A model generated the notes under the pieces. That model saw only the letters and a list, made by a program, of their open reading frames with translations. It ran no database searches and was not told the origin of the DNA. From Utricularia gibba (lineage: Eukaryota; Plantae; Magnoliophyta): a stretch of DNA of 64,000 bases. This document shows positions 50,469 through 63,130 of the stretch, in pieces. Position 1 is the stretch's first letter. Each line of letters opens with the position of its first letter. A program made the position numbers and the translations under genes. The stretch is taken from positions 3,100,001-3,164,000 of the forward strand of contig NEEC01000004.1 in assembly GCA_002189035.1 (NCBI GenBank), written 5' to 3'.

Positions 50469-51429
50469 CAAGGAGCCGAGTATGAACAGTGTGGTGGCAG
50501 AGAAGGTGGCAGAAGTCTAAAAAAGAGTATGCACAAAGTCCAAGGAGGTGAAAAATGGAGATTTTGGACAAAAAGGGAGGAAAGGTGGAGAGAGAAGCAG
50601 ATCTCCCCTTGGAGACTCACGAACACAATTTCTGGGAAGGTTTTCTGGGGAGGAAGAAGAAGGAAGACAAACAGGAACGAAGCTAAAGTTCAAGATTATT
50701 TCCTGTCTTCGAAGAACATTACTCCTAGCTAAGAGTAGCTAGTGACGTTTTTCAGTTTTTGTTGACACTTCACATTACTTGCTTGTTTGCTTTCTGGTAT
50801 TTGACTGTGAATGAGCACACTGTGGGTGATGTTTTCTTTTCCACTTTCATTTACCTTAAGCATGAGTGGCTAAGTACTTAGGGGGGTGCCTTGGGGTAAA
50901 AATGGGAGAAACATGTTAATCAACCTTTAGATCTAAACAGCCATGAGTCACGCCAATTCCTTAACAAACCAGGATAGATCCAGGAGGGGGAAGTAGTGAA
51001 ACCCAACTTAACAACCCTAATTAGAGGTAGACCAAAGATTAGGGGGAAAAACAAGAATCCGGGTAGACCTAGATATTGTGAGTTAGTTGTATGATTTGTG
51101 GTTTGTGTGAGTTTGTTTAGTGATGAGCATACATCCCCTAGGAGTCCCAAGGCATCACCCATTCCATTTCAGAAACAACCGAACTCTAGAACTTGTTATT
51201 TTTATTTACTGTATTTCGTTTTAGTTCTGCCTTACTCCTAGCTAAGACCAATTTTACCAACGTGACACTAGTTTCGTGCGTCAACTTTCACATAGCAAGC
51301 ACTTGCTCTTCGTGTTCGACCCTAACCACTATGCTCATAATTGTTTTATGCTTAAATGTGGGTTAGGTTATAAATTTATTTGATAGGAAAATTTGCAATT
51401 AACGACATTGCGTAATTTTTCGTTTATCA
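50469..51429 (+). repeat. 5'-truncated family-A LTR
   Basis: Ends in TTTCGTTTATCA. Near-identical to 1-421. Lacks about 190 bp of 5' sequence relative to 26300-27447. No PBS. Confidence 0.88.
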
Positions 51430-54400
51430 AGCACATTGTGTTAAAATGGTCCATGCATAGCATGATAGCATAGAGCCATTGTTCTTAACTATGAGATATT
51501 GATATTTTGTTGTTTTAGTGTACCTACAATCGACAACTAGAGAATTAATGTAGTTGCACATGAAGCATGATATTGATGTGATTTGATCTTCAAAAGATAC
51601 TTAAGGATCCACAAGCCTTAGGTAATGACCGTTTACAATTCTAATGTTACTTTTTGCTATGTGGTAGACGAAGCTACTACAATTGTCAAGTGGTTACTAG
51701 AGCTATTAATGGCAAGAAAACTTGTCTTCATATGCAATGCATCTCAAACATATGATAATAAAAATAATATATCATTAAACTCAAGACGCTTAGTTGCATG
51801 TGGAGAGCCAACATTGATTTTAAGGAACAATATCACCACCTAAATACCCTATTAAATGAAGATGCACTGAACAAGTTACTCTCCAACTTTTACGCCATAC
51901 TATCTTTGATGTCATATTATAATGGAACTAATAAACAAAAAAATTTTGATAGTTGTGAAAAATAAATTTTTGTATCATATAAAATTTATACAATCAAATA
52001 AAACACTTCCAGACATAAAATGTGTAGTAGAATGGGGGTCAATCACGAAAAGCGGATGCTTAAAATGTATTTTTCGAGATGTAGGATTACATAATAGTTT
52101 CACACTTAATCCTAAACTAAATTATTGTCAGCGTACAAGATCGGTAAATTAAATCAGATAACAATGCAGAAAAAAGCAAACTTAAGTTTTTGCATAGAAT
52201 AAAACAATGATTTTATGGTAACTCAGGTCGTGTGGTCAACAAACTTCAAATTTTAATCTAGAATTTTACACTTCACAATTTGAAATAACTTAGGTCCACC
52301 CGTGTAGTGTCCAATATTTTTGGCTATGATACTTTATATTTTTCCAACTCATTTCATGCATGAATCTACCAATTTGTAAAATTAATAAAGCTAGGTCTAC
52401 CTAATTTTATTAGGTCTATCTAAGAGTACCACATATTTGCCCATCCCAACTTTTTGATCTATCTCCAAATTGAGTTTCTAAGTTGTGCTAATAGTTATAC
52501 TATCCTTTAGATCTAACCAAGGTATGGTAAAACAAATAGTAACTCTGTAAAAATTATGATCAAAACCAAAACTTTAGTCCACACCATCTTGGTGTACTCT
52601 AAGACATCCCTTGAATTTATCAACACAGAATATAAAGTAAAATCATTACTTGATAATTTAAAACTAGGAACAATATTATGGGCATAATTTGAAAGAAAGT
52701 AATAATAGTGAATATAGTTCAGTAGCACTAAACTAGAGGTTGTTTTTAGGTGTGGAGTTGCTTTCTATTGAAATCACCTTCTTCATTCATAATTATTCAA
52801 AGTTCTTCTTTGGTTCCTTCATCTCTTTTTTTTTCTTCATTCGAAAAGTTTGCTGAAAAAATATATTCTCCCCTTTTATCTTCTTCATTTCCGAAGGTAA
52901 CTACTATTACTGACAAGAAGATAGTGTTTTTGTCACCCTTCAAGTAATGTGGCACCTTGACTTCATTCACATAATTTTAATTTGATTTTTTACTAACTTT
53001 GTTGCTAAGATTTAATCAAACGTTAAGAAACACGAGGTGGACTAAATCTACTTTTTTATGCGTAAACTTGAAAATAACCTAAATATCACTGAAAATAGTA
53101 AAAAAAGCACACATAACTTCATTAGTCGATTTGTATAATGGAAAGAAGATCCAAGTACCACGATCACAATAGTTAGGACCTCATTGGATATTTTTTGCTA
53201 GTAGCTTTCTTTCTTTTTTTGTTCATGATAGATGATCTTGTAGGAACCAAAGAAAGAGTGCTGGTGTTAGGCCAATTCAAGAGCCTTGGACTCATCTTCA
53301 CTCAAGCCATGTTCATGCTTTTTTTTTTGCACTGTTTCTTCATCTTGTTGAAGGTGTAACTTGCACTACCACAATCATTGAATTGGCAATTCTAAAAGAA
53401 TGCACAATTTTCGAATAAATTTCCCTTTCGTGATTCTTCGTGAGTTGATCTTGCGCGTTCCTTCACCTATAAATGAAATCAACCATAATAAATTCCTAAC
53501 AAAGTGGCTGCCCCTAGTTTCAAAACAACTTACTTTTTGAATTCCCATCATAGTTTTGATAATCTGGACACTGGTAACCATGCTCTCTGCACATTCCACA
53601 CAATCACAAAAAACAAGTTACTCCCCTTCGAAGAAATGTTCATACATATCATTATTGGAAACATTCTATGCTTGTGGATCTGGAAACAAACCTTCGATGT
53701 TAGAGGGGTCACTATTTGTGTCAATTGTGGATTTGGTACTATTACTACTTGAATCGTGATGATTGTGAAAGTGATCCAAAGGGGGAATCATGATGTAGGT
53801 GACTAGGTAGTGTATCGGGCGGCGTTGACTCTGTTGTGGCCTAGCAGCTAAAATTGAGGCTGAATCCATTTTTGGTGATGAAAAATACGGTTCATGCAAT
53901 GAATAAAGGTGAAATCTAGTTGGTTCAGGTTATCTAACTCTTGAATGCTTGGATAATGTGGTTGAGGGGCAAAATTGAATTTAGGATTTTAAGGATTTAG
54001 GATTTAGATCATTTTTGTTTTTCCAAGCTGAAAAAAGAAGTTTTGATTTGTTGCTAGTAAATTTGATATTTTATCGATTGATGATATAATGTTTTGAATG
54101 TTGTATATGATTGTCTAGATGATAGATCAAATCATTATATATTACCTAGTTCAAGTGATTTTTGAAAGTTGATTCAATCTTTTGAAGTGTTGAATCAAAA
54201 TTTTCCCAATTTGAAAATCATTGGCATTTTCCCTTGTGGTATTTATTTGCAAGTTTGTCACATTTTCATACTTTTGTGAGATGTTTATAGGAACTAACAC
54301 CATGTTTTTAATCAAAATTTTATTGGTAGGGTAACATGTTAATGTTACACATATGAAAGGCCAAGAAAATCAACTAGTTTTGTTACATTAAATGATAACT

Positions 54401-56199
54401 ATTAGGCTGCACAAAATCAGCTATCTACATAATGGTTTGATCTATGAAAATGTTGAATTACAGCTCAATATGATTAAAGCAATGGAAAATATTAAAATTT
54501 TGGGCAAGTGTCTTCGGCATGCAACTGATAGGCCAACATTTGAACATCTCTTATTGTAAATGCATCCTCCTTAACTTGTCCCAATAGATACACAAGTGAA
54601 GATGTTCAAGCCTAAAAACAGCAATAATATTAAGATTATTGTACCATAGTTGCGGCATAATCCCAGTTGAACACTTTCGGGACACATCACAAAAATATAT
54701 ACATGTAGAATAGCACATAAAATCTGCACTCCATACCCCCTAGTTGAACCTTAACCTGATAAACTAAATATTTTAGAAAAAAAAAAGAATGATGGCAATA
54801 TAAGTTAAATGTGTTACCACTTGGACAATCATTGGGGATTGGTCTATGTTTCTTTTCAATGTCTCTGTGATTATGTGCATTGAACAAAAAATGTATGAAC
54901 TTGACATTGCATGTAACTACTCAAATTCAAACCAAAAAATAGGTTTTATGCAAACACATACTTGTGGAGGGATGGATACATGATTAAGTATTGTTGCACG
55001 CCTAGGCAAACAAGTAAACGTTCCACCACTTCTCCGTTCATTTCCAATACTAATCGTGAAACAACTTCTAATGAAACCTACCACATGCATAAACAAGTAA
55101 TACATTTTCAAGTAATTTAAAGAAATATCACTACTTACCTATTAACTATTGGAATAACCAAATATCTTTTCCCTGAAATTGAAAAATTTCTTAAAGCAAT
55201 TACATATTGTAGTTCATAAACTTCTTTCACAACATTTTCGAATAATAATGAGATCATCTTTGGGTACATTAGGAATCATGATTAACATGCATCTACATCC
55301 ATAGAAATTACTAAGATTGGAAAATGATCTATAACTTGACTTAATGATTAATTAATTAGTTACTCTTGTAAGACTTCAAACTGATTAATGGTAGTTTTGT
55401 AGACTGCGACTGTCTTCCAAAGTTGGTAGTTTCCTCTTTTTTTTTAAATCATGATCTACATTGTCACAATTTTCGAAATTACAATTATAAGAGAATCCAC
55501 ACTTGTTGAATAGAAGGCCACTATCTTCATAACTAAATGAAGCATTATCTTTGACTACTAAAGCATTTTTTTAGATAAAAAAGCATATAAATTAAAAAAA
55601 TAGTGTAAGCTATAGAATTGATAGTTATAAAATAATCCACACTTATAGCGTCTTCGTTATCACAATCACTAGCTCCAGATATAGTGGACTTTCAAGGTTG
55701 AGTCTTTTTAAATTGTCTACCCTAAAAGTTATTTGGAGATTCAATGGATAACACAATGTAGAGACAATAGTTATGCTCACCTTATTGTCATTTTCATGGC
55801 ATTTCTCATTCTCAGCAAACATGCGATTGATTGCCTTTACTTTATCCTATATAATATAACATCGTAGTAATTATTAGATGATAGATAATATGTTAACCTT
55901 TTTGTTATTCTTAGAACATTTCTCCTTCTTGGGAGCCATAACATGTTGTGACTTTTTTTCATTCTGTCAAACCAAATAAATCTGGAATTGCATTGTTTAT
56001 CAAATAAAAAAATGAGGTATGGGTAAAACAATTAGGAATCATACCTTTGGACAAGTCCATTTATTATGGCTTTGTAGGCCACATGAACTACATGCATTTG
56101 ATTGACTCAATTACCTTCATGTGTGGTGATTTTTTTGTTTTTTTTTTTGTTTTTGAAATGATAATGATGCTTACATGATCTCCCAATTTTGGTAAACTT

Positions 56200-57950
56200 G
56201 AACACTGGTACCAATGAAGTAGTCTCTTCTACAATTGGTCAATCTTCCTTTGAGGGATTCTCATATATTGCATGTTGATACTCTTTAAAATATAGTTTCA
56301 CAATGTATCTTCTTACTACATAATACAACATGTCTCCACATTTCACACTAATGCATGAGCATGCATGTGGACATGGCACACATTCAATATATAAATTTTA
56401 GTAAATACTAGAACTGGACATTTAAGAAAATATGTATGATTGTAGACACTTGCCATCGACCACAAGAACAACTTCTATCTCGCAAATTAATAGTATGCCT
56501 AGAGTCATTGTGACCAATGCATTCAAAGTTTCATGCATCATATTGCATTATAGAACCATTATTTCCTAATGATTGCATTTTCCCGTAGTAATATTTTAAT
56601 ATTTGGGCACACAAGTCTCTTCCAACCAGATGACTCCTCATGCCTATTTGTCATCCTCGACATCATTAAAGTGCAAATAGTCTCTAGAAGTGATATGAAA
56701 GGTCGAGATCTAGCCTTTTTAATGGAAGCATTCTATGACTCACTCAAATTATTCAAGATCACAAGACATAAATTACGATCATTAAAAAAAGCTCTCGACC
56801 ATTTGTGTCCACCAATTCCTTAGTAACATATGCTATAGGGCTCAATGATAGTTCCATTTGTTCATTCTAGGAATTTTCTGTACCAGATTTAGCTGCTGTC
56901 CGAATACAACTTTGAGCCAAAGCAGGAAGGCCAATCTGCATGTGAATATTTTGTATGATATGCTTAAGACAATATCTCCTATGCAAATACCATGTAAAAA
57001 AAATATAATGCATTTAAAAGCAATGACTACAAAAATAAGTATTCACAATGTTTCAAGATTCTAATAAATAAACATATTGTAATTAAAAGGACTCACATAG
57101 ATACGAGGAAGAACCTGTTTCATAACTGGCTTTAAGCCACTACCTCAATCAGACTTAACTACTCCATGTTTTCATTTGTAATCCCTATATCATACTTCAA
57201 CAACTTAAGAAACCAACTCCAAGACCCCATGTTCTCTAATGCAACTACAGCATAATCAATAGAAAATGTGTCATTGTTGGGATCTAACGAAACAACAACC
57301 AAAACACATCCACCCATGATGTTAAAAATTACAAATAATACCAATCAGTTTTAGGCACATATACTAAAGCTCTTTTTGATGCACCAAAACGAATATAAAT
57401 GCCTTCAAAAGTATATTTTCCATTTGTATCAACATAATCACTCAATTTTATTTGTATTGTTGATCTCTCATTAGCTTGTTTAAGTGCATGCATGTACCTT
57501 TGTATCAAGATAAATTCTTCTTCCCAACTGTTCTACAATTCTATGAGAGCTAGTTTCCTAGCTTTTCCTACTTTGCGTCTAGTGATATTTGTAGATAAAT
57601 TCTTCAGCACATGACTCTGAAAACTAGTTGGTCCCATATCTGTGTATAAATTCTTGTAAATATGCATGCTAATGCAATGTTGGCTTTCTGATTCTTGATG
57701 TAGTATGCTCAACATCATATATACCAACTATCCAAATACTCTTTTTTTGTTGTTGTGGAATGCATAGATGCCAAGGACAACATGGTTTCTCCTTCTTTTT
57801 GGAGTCATCATTATATGATTTTACATCATCCACAGGCTCATCATTGCTCATTGATTTCTTTCCTTTTTCCTTACAATTCGTCTTATTATGTACATCATGT
57901 CTATGCATCTGCATTCTAAAATTCTACCTTCATGCTTTGAAAATTGGTGA
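56200..57950 (-). pseudogene. Decayed MuDR/MULE transposase
   Basis: Minus strand: YMHALKQANERSTIQI...FEGIYIRFGA, then GGCVLVVVSLDPNNDTFSIDYAVVALENMGSWSWFL, KWSRAFF...NNLSES*NASIKKAR, and a SWIM-like VPCPHAC. Confidence 0.75.
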
Positions 57951-58580
57951 GAAAAACCTTCCTTGGCACAAAATAGCTCAACAACATCTTTGGCTTGCTT
58001 CCAAGTTGTAAACTACAGCCTCATCATAAATAATCACATAAATAAAAACAAAATGAGCTCTCTCTAGCCACTACTTGATGCAAGAAAGTAATTCAAACTT
58101 GCAGTTGGAATTAATAATCTCTCAAGATCGTAAAGCATTGTATGATGGTAAGTTGTAGTAGCATACTTCTATTGAGCTCTCCACTCACATGTTGTTTCTT
58201 CGCAAATTCATGAAGCTTATTGCACCATTGTTGAACCAAATAGGCATAGCTCTAGCTCTTAGGGGTCGTTTGCTATATAGGTATTTATTGGATATAGATT
58301 GGGTTTAAAAATAAATCTTCGTTTGGTTAACTACTTTTCACCTGTTTTTAAAATCTATGTTTTGTTATTAAACCCGGGTTTTGGGTATTTTTCTAAACCC
58401 ACCAAGAAGATGGGTTTTGTAAAAGTAAATAATAATAGTCTATTTTACCCTTCTACTCAATCAAAATTTTTACACGCTGGTAAAATACTTCTCCTCTTTC
58501 CAAAACCCTAGCTACCAAGTAAACTTGTGAAACTCCTCCTATTCATCTTCTTCAAACAATTTGCTTGTGTTTTTAATAGG

Positions 58581-59564
58581 ATGGAGGCAGAGGGAGGTAG
58601 TAAAGGGAGGCGTAGGTGTTGGTCCATTCACGACGAGAAGATGCTAATCATCGCTTTGAAAGAAATCTCTTCTACTGGTTGGAAGTTGGAGAATGGCTTC
58701 AAGATAGGGTATTTGACTGAGTTAGAAAAAATTCTGAAACGACAAATTCCAGGTACGGATTTGAGGTTGAAGCCACATATAGAATCGAAAGTCCATGCTT
58801 GGAGAGCTATGTATGCAACACTGTCTACAATTCTATCAAGATCTGGTACTGGTTGGAATGACTCTAGTCATCAAGTTGATGCTTCTGTTGAAATGTGGGA
58901 TGAGTTAGAAAGGGTAATAATTCTATCAATGTGTTTCTTGTACTTGTTTTTTTTATCTCAACATAGATTTTTTTGCATTGTAGACTATTGCAAATGTGAG
59001 CAAAGTGAGGGGTAAATCTTTTCCATTTTACTCGAATTGGTCAGATATTTTCGGAAAAGATCGAGCCACTAGAGAAAAGGGGATGGACTACCACACTGCT
59101 GCGGAAGTCATGGCAGCTTCATCAAACACATCTGATTTCAATGTTTTTATCGGTGAAGATCCGATATTACCGGATGAACCAATTTCTGGGTCAGTTCGTA
59201 ATGGAGATGGCTCTTCTACAGCATCAGAAGATCCAACACCACCATCTCGTAAAAGAAAAAGTTGTTTAATTAGTCCAATGGAGAAGCTCATTGAAGTTAT
59301 TAGTGAAGGCTTCAAAGATCAAAGGCACAATTTACCGAGGTATGTGCACTATTTGGAAAACGAATTGAATTTGAGAAAGATGAAAAGGAGGATGCGGTTG
59401 TTGGATTGATACTAGCAATGCAACTTCAAATGTCGTTGATGGAGCGTCATGAAGTAACAAAAGTAATTATGGAGGATCATAGGTCGTTGAAATTTTTTCT
59501 TGGTCTGAAAGAACTTGAAAGGATCACCTTCGTGGAAGAAATTTTAGCAAAACTACGTGTTTGA
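58581..59564 (+). pseudogene. Harbinger ORF1 Myb/SANT-like protein; join(58581..58913,58984..59564), frameshift near 59335
   Basis: RRCWSIHDEKMLIIAL...GWKLENGFKIGYL...WDELER|TIANV...FPFYSNWSDIFGKDRAT. The C-terminal helix (FFLGLKELERITFVEEIL) is recovered only in a shifted frame. Confidence 0.8.
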
Positions 59565-60117
59565 ATTCCCTTGTATTCAATGAAGTAATTATGGAGGATC
59601 ATAGACTCATTTCCTTGCTTGGTTCACTGTTTTGATCAGTGTTACCCAACAAACTTTGTTTTTGGAGTTACATTCTGTTATTCTGCTTCCTGACGATGGT
59701 CTGGACTTTGGTATTGATCTAACTCTGATGGTTTGTGAAATCAAGTTCATTGAAGTGGTTTTCTCCTAATACCATGCTTGTTGATGATTCGTGTGTATTA
59801 ATGACAATGCCATGATTATTATTCTTTTTCACTTGATTCTGTGATAGTGTTTTTTAATCTGTGGGCAGTGTTTTGTTTCTATTGATAAGGAGAGCCGGTT
59901 TGATGCATTTGTCACTGCGGGATGTTGTTGTTTCTATTGCTTTTCTCTTCATTTCCTGGCTCCCAAACTTCAGTGGTGTGAAATTGTAACCTCCGTCTCC
60001 TTTCGGGAAGCATCTTTGGGCATCTAGCATCATCATTTTGTGGTTGCTACTTGGCATAATTGTTGTCGTTAACCAAGTACTTCATGAGTTCATCGTGTGT
60101 CTACGGGCGTGGTTTAT

Positions 60118-60372
60118 GCCCGTGTGGCATTGTCATGTATACTCGATCCAAATTATTCATAAGGATTGACTGCTAATATAAATTTTAAATAAATTAATAA
60201 CCACTCGATCCGAATCATACCTAAGGATCGAAGACTAATTAAAATGAAAAATATGCGCTCGATCATTAGGCATGATTCGGATCGAGTGGTTATTAATTTA
60301 TTTTAAATTTATATTATCGCTCGATCCTTATGAGCAATTTGGATCGAGTGTACACCACAATGCCACACGGGC
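60118..60372. mobile_element. Foldback Mutator-like MITE (255 bp)
   Basis: Arms of about 114 bp, GCCCGTGTGGCATTG...CAATGCCACACGGGC. Exact 9-bp direct repeat GTGGTTTAT at 60109-60117 and 60373-60381. Confidence 0.75.
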
Positions 60373-60766
60373 GTGGTTTATGCAACTCATGAAGTACTTG
60401 GTTAACGACATCAATCACTTTGATGTAAAAAGGCATTAATGAGGCTACTTTTGATCGACGCACGAAATAGAAAAACTAAAAATGTGAAAACCATTTAAAT
60501 CATGAAGTATGGCACTAAAAGCTGACTTCCTCCTAGTGAATGCATTTGTTTTATCCGATAACCAAAAAATAGGATTAGGAAGGGTTGAACATTAAAATAA
60601 AAAAATAAAAGCCTGAGTTAATAAACAGTTATACATCATCATCGTCCTGAAATACTTATGAAGTCTGTTGCAAGAAAACTAGGAAGGAGCATTGATGTTA
60701 TACTAGACATGAACGATAGACTATTACACTAGACATGGAGATAAACCTAGAAATTAAGACATTACT

Positions 60767-62113
60767 TCACTGATGCCATTGATTGTACCAAGTCATTGCC
60801 AATGAATCGCCACTGCATCCAAGCATTACTCGAGTCCAATGTATCTATGTAGTCATCATCTCCTTGTAATGTGTTGTCTACATAACTTTGTTGCAATAAA
60901 CTTTCAAGAGGATCATCCGGATCAATGATTCAAATAAAGTTGTGGAGAAGTGCACATGCCAAAATAATGAAATTGAGTATATCCACATTGTAAAAGCAAC
61001 TATCTCGTAGAATCCCCCAACATATTTTAAGTAAACCAAAAGTTCTCTCAATTATATTCCTCGCTTTCGAGTGTCTCAAGTTGAATAATTCTCTTGAATT
61101 TTGAGGTGCTAAGTTACCGTTGCCCCATTCTTTCAAGTGATATCGAACTCCACGATAGGGTGTAAGAAATCCTTTACAATTCATATAACCATTATCACAT
61201 AGATAATAATTTCCTAAAATAATTTGATAAACCAATTAAAAAATTAAATGAAGCTATTATGATCTCAATGGGCTGAAATACTTCATATAATAACAATGAA
61301 TAAGAATATACCTCGAGGAACACGAAATCCATTGTTCCTTGTTAGAGCATCTCGTAAAACTCTGCTATCTGCAGCTGATCCTTCCCATCCAGATAACACG
61401 TATACAAATCTCATGTGTATATCACACACTCCAAGTACGTTTAAACAAGTGTATCCTTTTCTACAATGATATCGGCCTTGTTCATCAACACGCATTTTTT
61501 CCTGAATGTATGTTCCATCCAAAGCTCTAAGACATCCCTGCCATTAAGAAAAAAAATGAAGAACCACATATAATTCAAATAAAAACACCTGGATGCTCAC
61601 CACAAAATATTTCCAAGGAGTTTCTTCAAAATTTGTTGTCACTGGTGTAGGTTTCATGAGTAGGATGGGGTGTAGCTTTATTATAGTCCTCAAAACCTCA
61701 TGAAAGTATTTATGTATTGTGTGCTTCGATCTAATGAAATCATGAGATTGAATACGTACCTTCTTATGATGAGATAAAACTCCCAAAAAAATAGACAATT
61801 TCTCAAGTATAGACACATTACTTGAATTCATTAAACCACCAGCATTTTCCAACAAACTATACAATCTACCGAAGGCATTTCTAGTCATTCGCAAATTATC
61901 CAAACAAGCAAAATCACTATAACCAATAAGATGCTGAAGATGCCAAGACTGCATATTCATTCTACCAATCATGGAGTACTTTTGTTTTTTACTTTTCTGA
62001 TTTTGTTCAGTTTGCTCTAGCAAAAGAGCAAGTGATAGGCACAACCAAATGAATTGTGAAAAAATGGCTTGTTGAAGAACAAGGAACATCACAAATTCTG
62101 AAAACTCATCCAT
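60767..62113 (-). pseudogene. Harbinger DDE transposase; exons 62113-61601, 61537-61312, 61213-60767; premature TGA at 60930-60932
   Basis: LRMTRNAFGRL, ALDGTYI, GWEGSAADSRVL, YYLCDNGY, IIERTFGLLK, LLHNFI*. GT-AG introns keep the frame. A further frameshift lies near the C-terminus. Confidence 0.88.
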
Positions 62114-62580
62114 CCTACAACAAAAGCCCAAATACAGAATATGGTTAGAAAATAAAAAAAAACATTTCATGCTTGAATTACCCACATAACATTGAAATGA
62201 AATCACGAGCAAGAACTCACCAGGAGCGTTGGGACTTGAACCGTAAAGAACTCGAGTAGTTTTCTTGCTAGAAAATTCAAATTGAATAGCGTTTTAGGGG
62301 AACTTCAATGGCGTTGATCTGCGTAGAGAGAATAGCAATTTTCTCTCAAGGAACACAAGACTCAGATTTGGGGAAAATTAATTATATCAATTAATAAGGG
62401 TATAATGGTAAAATTTCATTAAAACCAGAATTTTAATATATCCAACCAAACACACCTTTTATTATCCCTTGTAAAATAAACTATCATACCAAACTAATTA
62501 AACCCATCTATGATAGTTTTATTTTCCCTAGTTTCTAAAAGCACTCTAATACTAAAACATCATCACCAAACGAGCCCTTA

Positions 62581-63130
62581 GTGTGAAAATAAGTGTCTCT
62601 ACATAAGATGAGAATGGATCATGATCAATGAGGTTATCCAATTGAATTGAAGACACATCCACAAGATCTCTAATCTCTTCCATGAACCTTCTTTTTCTAG
62701 ATGCTCTAACCAAGTTAATGGAATTCTCTTCACTAGCCCGGTCTTTCTCAAAGATCTCCCTACACTCGAGATAATAGAGCCAAGTTTTATGTATTAGTGC
62801 ACAAAATCTCAGTACTTGCTGTAATACACGCACCATTATAACCAAATACCAATGTATTCATTATGAAACAAATGTGTATGTATTCAATTTCTTTCCAAAC
62901 CTCACTATCCACATCCACCAGAGTATTGGACTTGGTTAAAAATTACACACTCAAATAATAATGTCTTTTTCATGTATGCAGATGTGCGAGTGTGTTTAAT
63001 GATACATACCACTGAAGTTATTTTTAACCTTCCATCCCTTTTGTACAATATACTTCAAATCCTATAGTAGGTCTTTTTCTTCCTTGTACTTCCATGATCA
63101 GTTCATTATTTTGCTAGATTCTTAGCAGCT
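62581..63130 (-). pseudogene. Older Harbinger Myb/SANT ORF1 remnant, target of the younger element; continues left of 58259
   Basis: LKYIVQKGWKVKNNFSG and WLYYLECREIFEKDRASEE parallel LKEISSTGWKLENGFKIG and FPFYSNWSDIFGKDRATRE of the nested ORF1. Confidence 0.6.

Larger units (their letters stand above)
58262..62577. mobile_element. PIF/Harbinger DNA transposon, full-length structure (4316 bp), both ORFs disrupted
   Basis: TSD TTA at 58259-58261 and 62578-62580. TIRs GGGGTCGTTTG / CAAACGAGCCC. Convergent Myb/SANT ORF and DDE transposase. Confidence 0.93.

Noticed and set aside
52285-53050. Short inverted match (GTCCACCCGTGT / ACACGAGGTGGAC) as MULE TIRs
   Set aside because: The pairing does not extend convincingly and no TSD was found.
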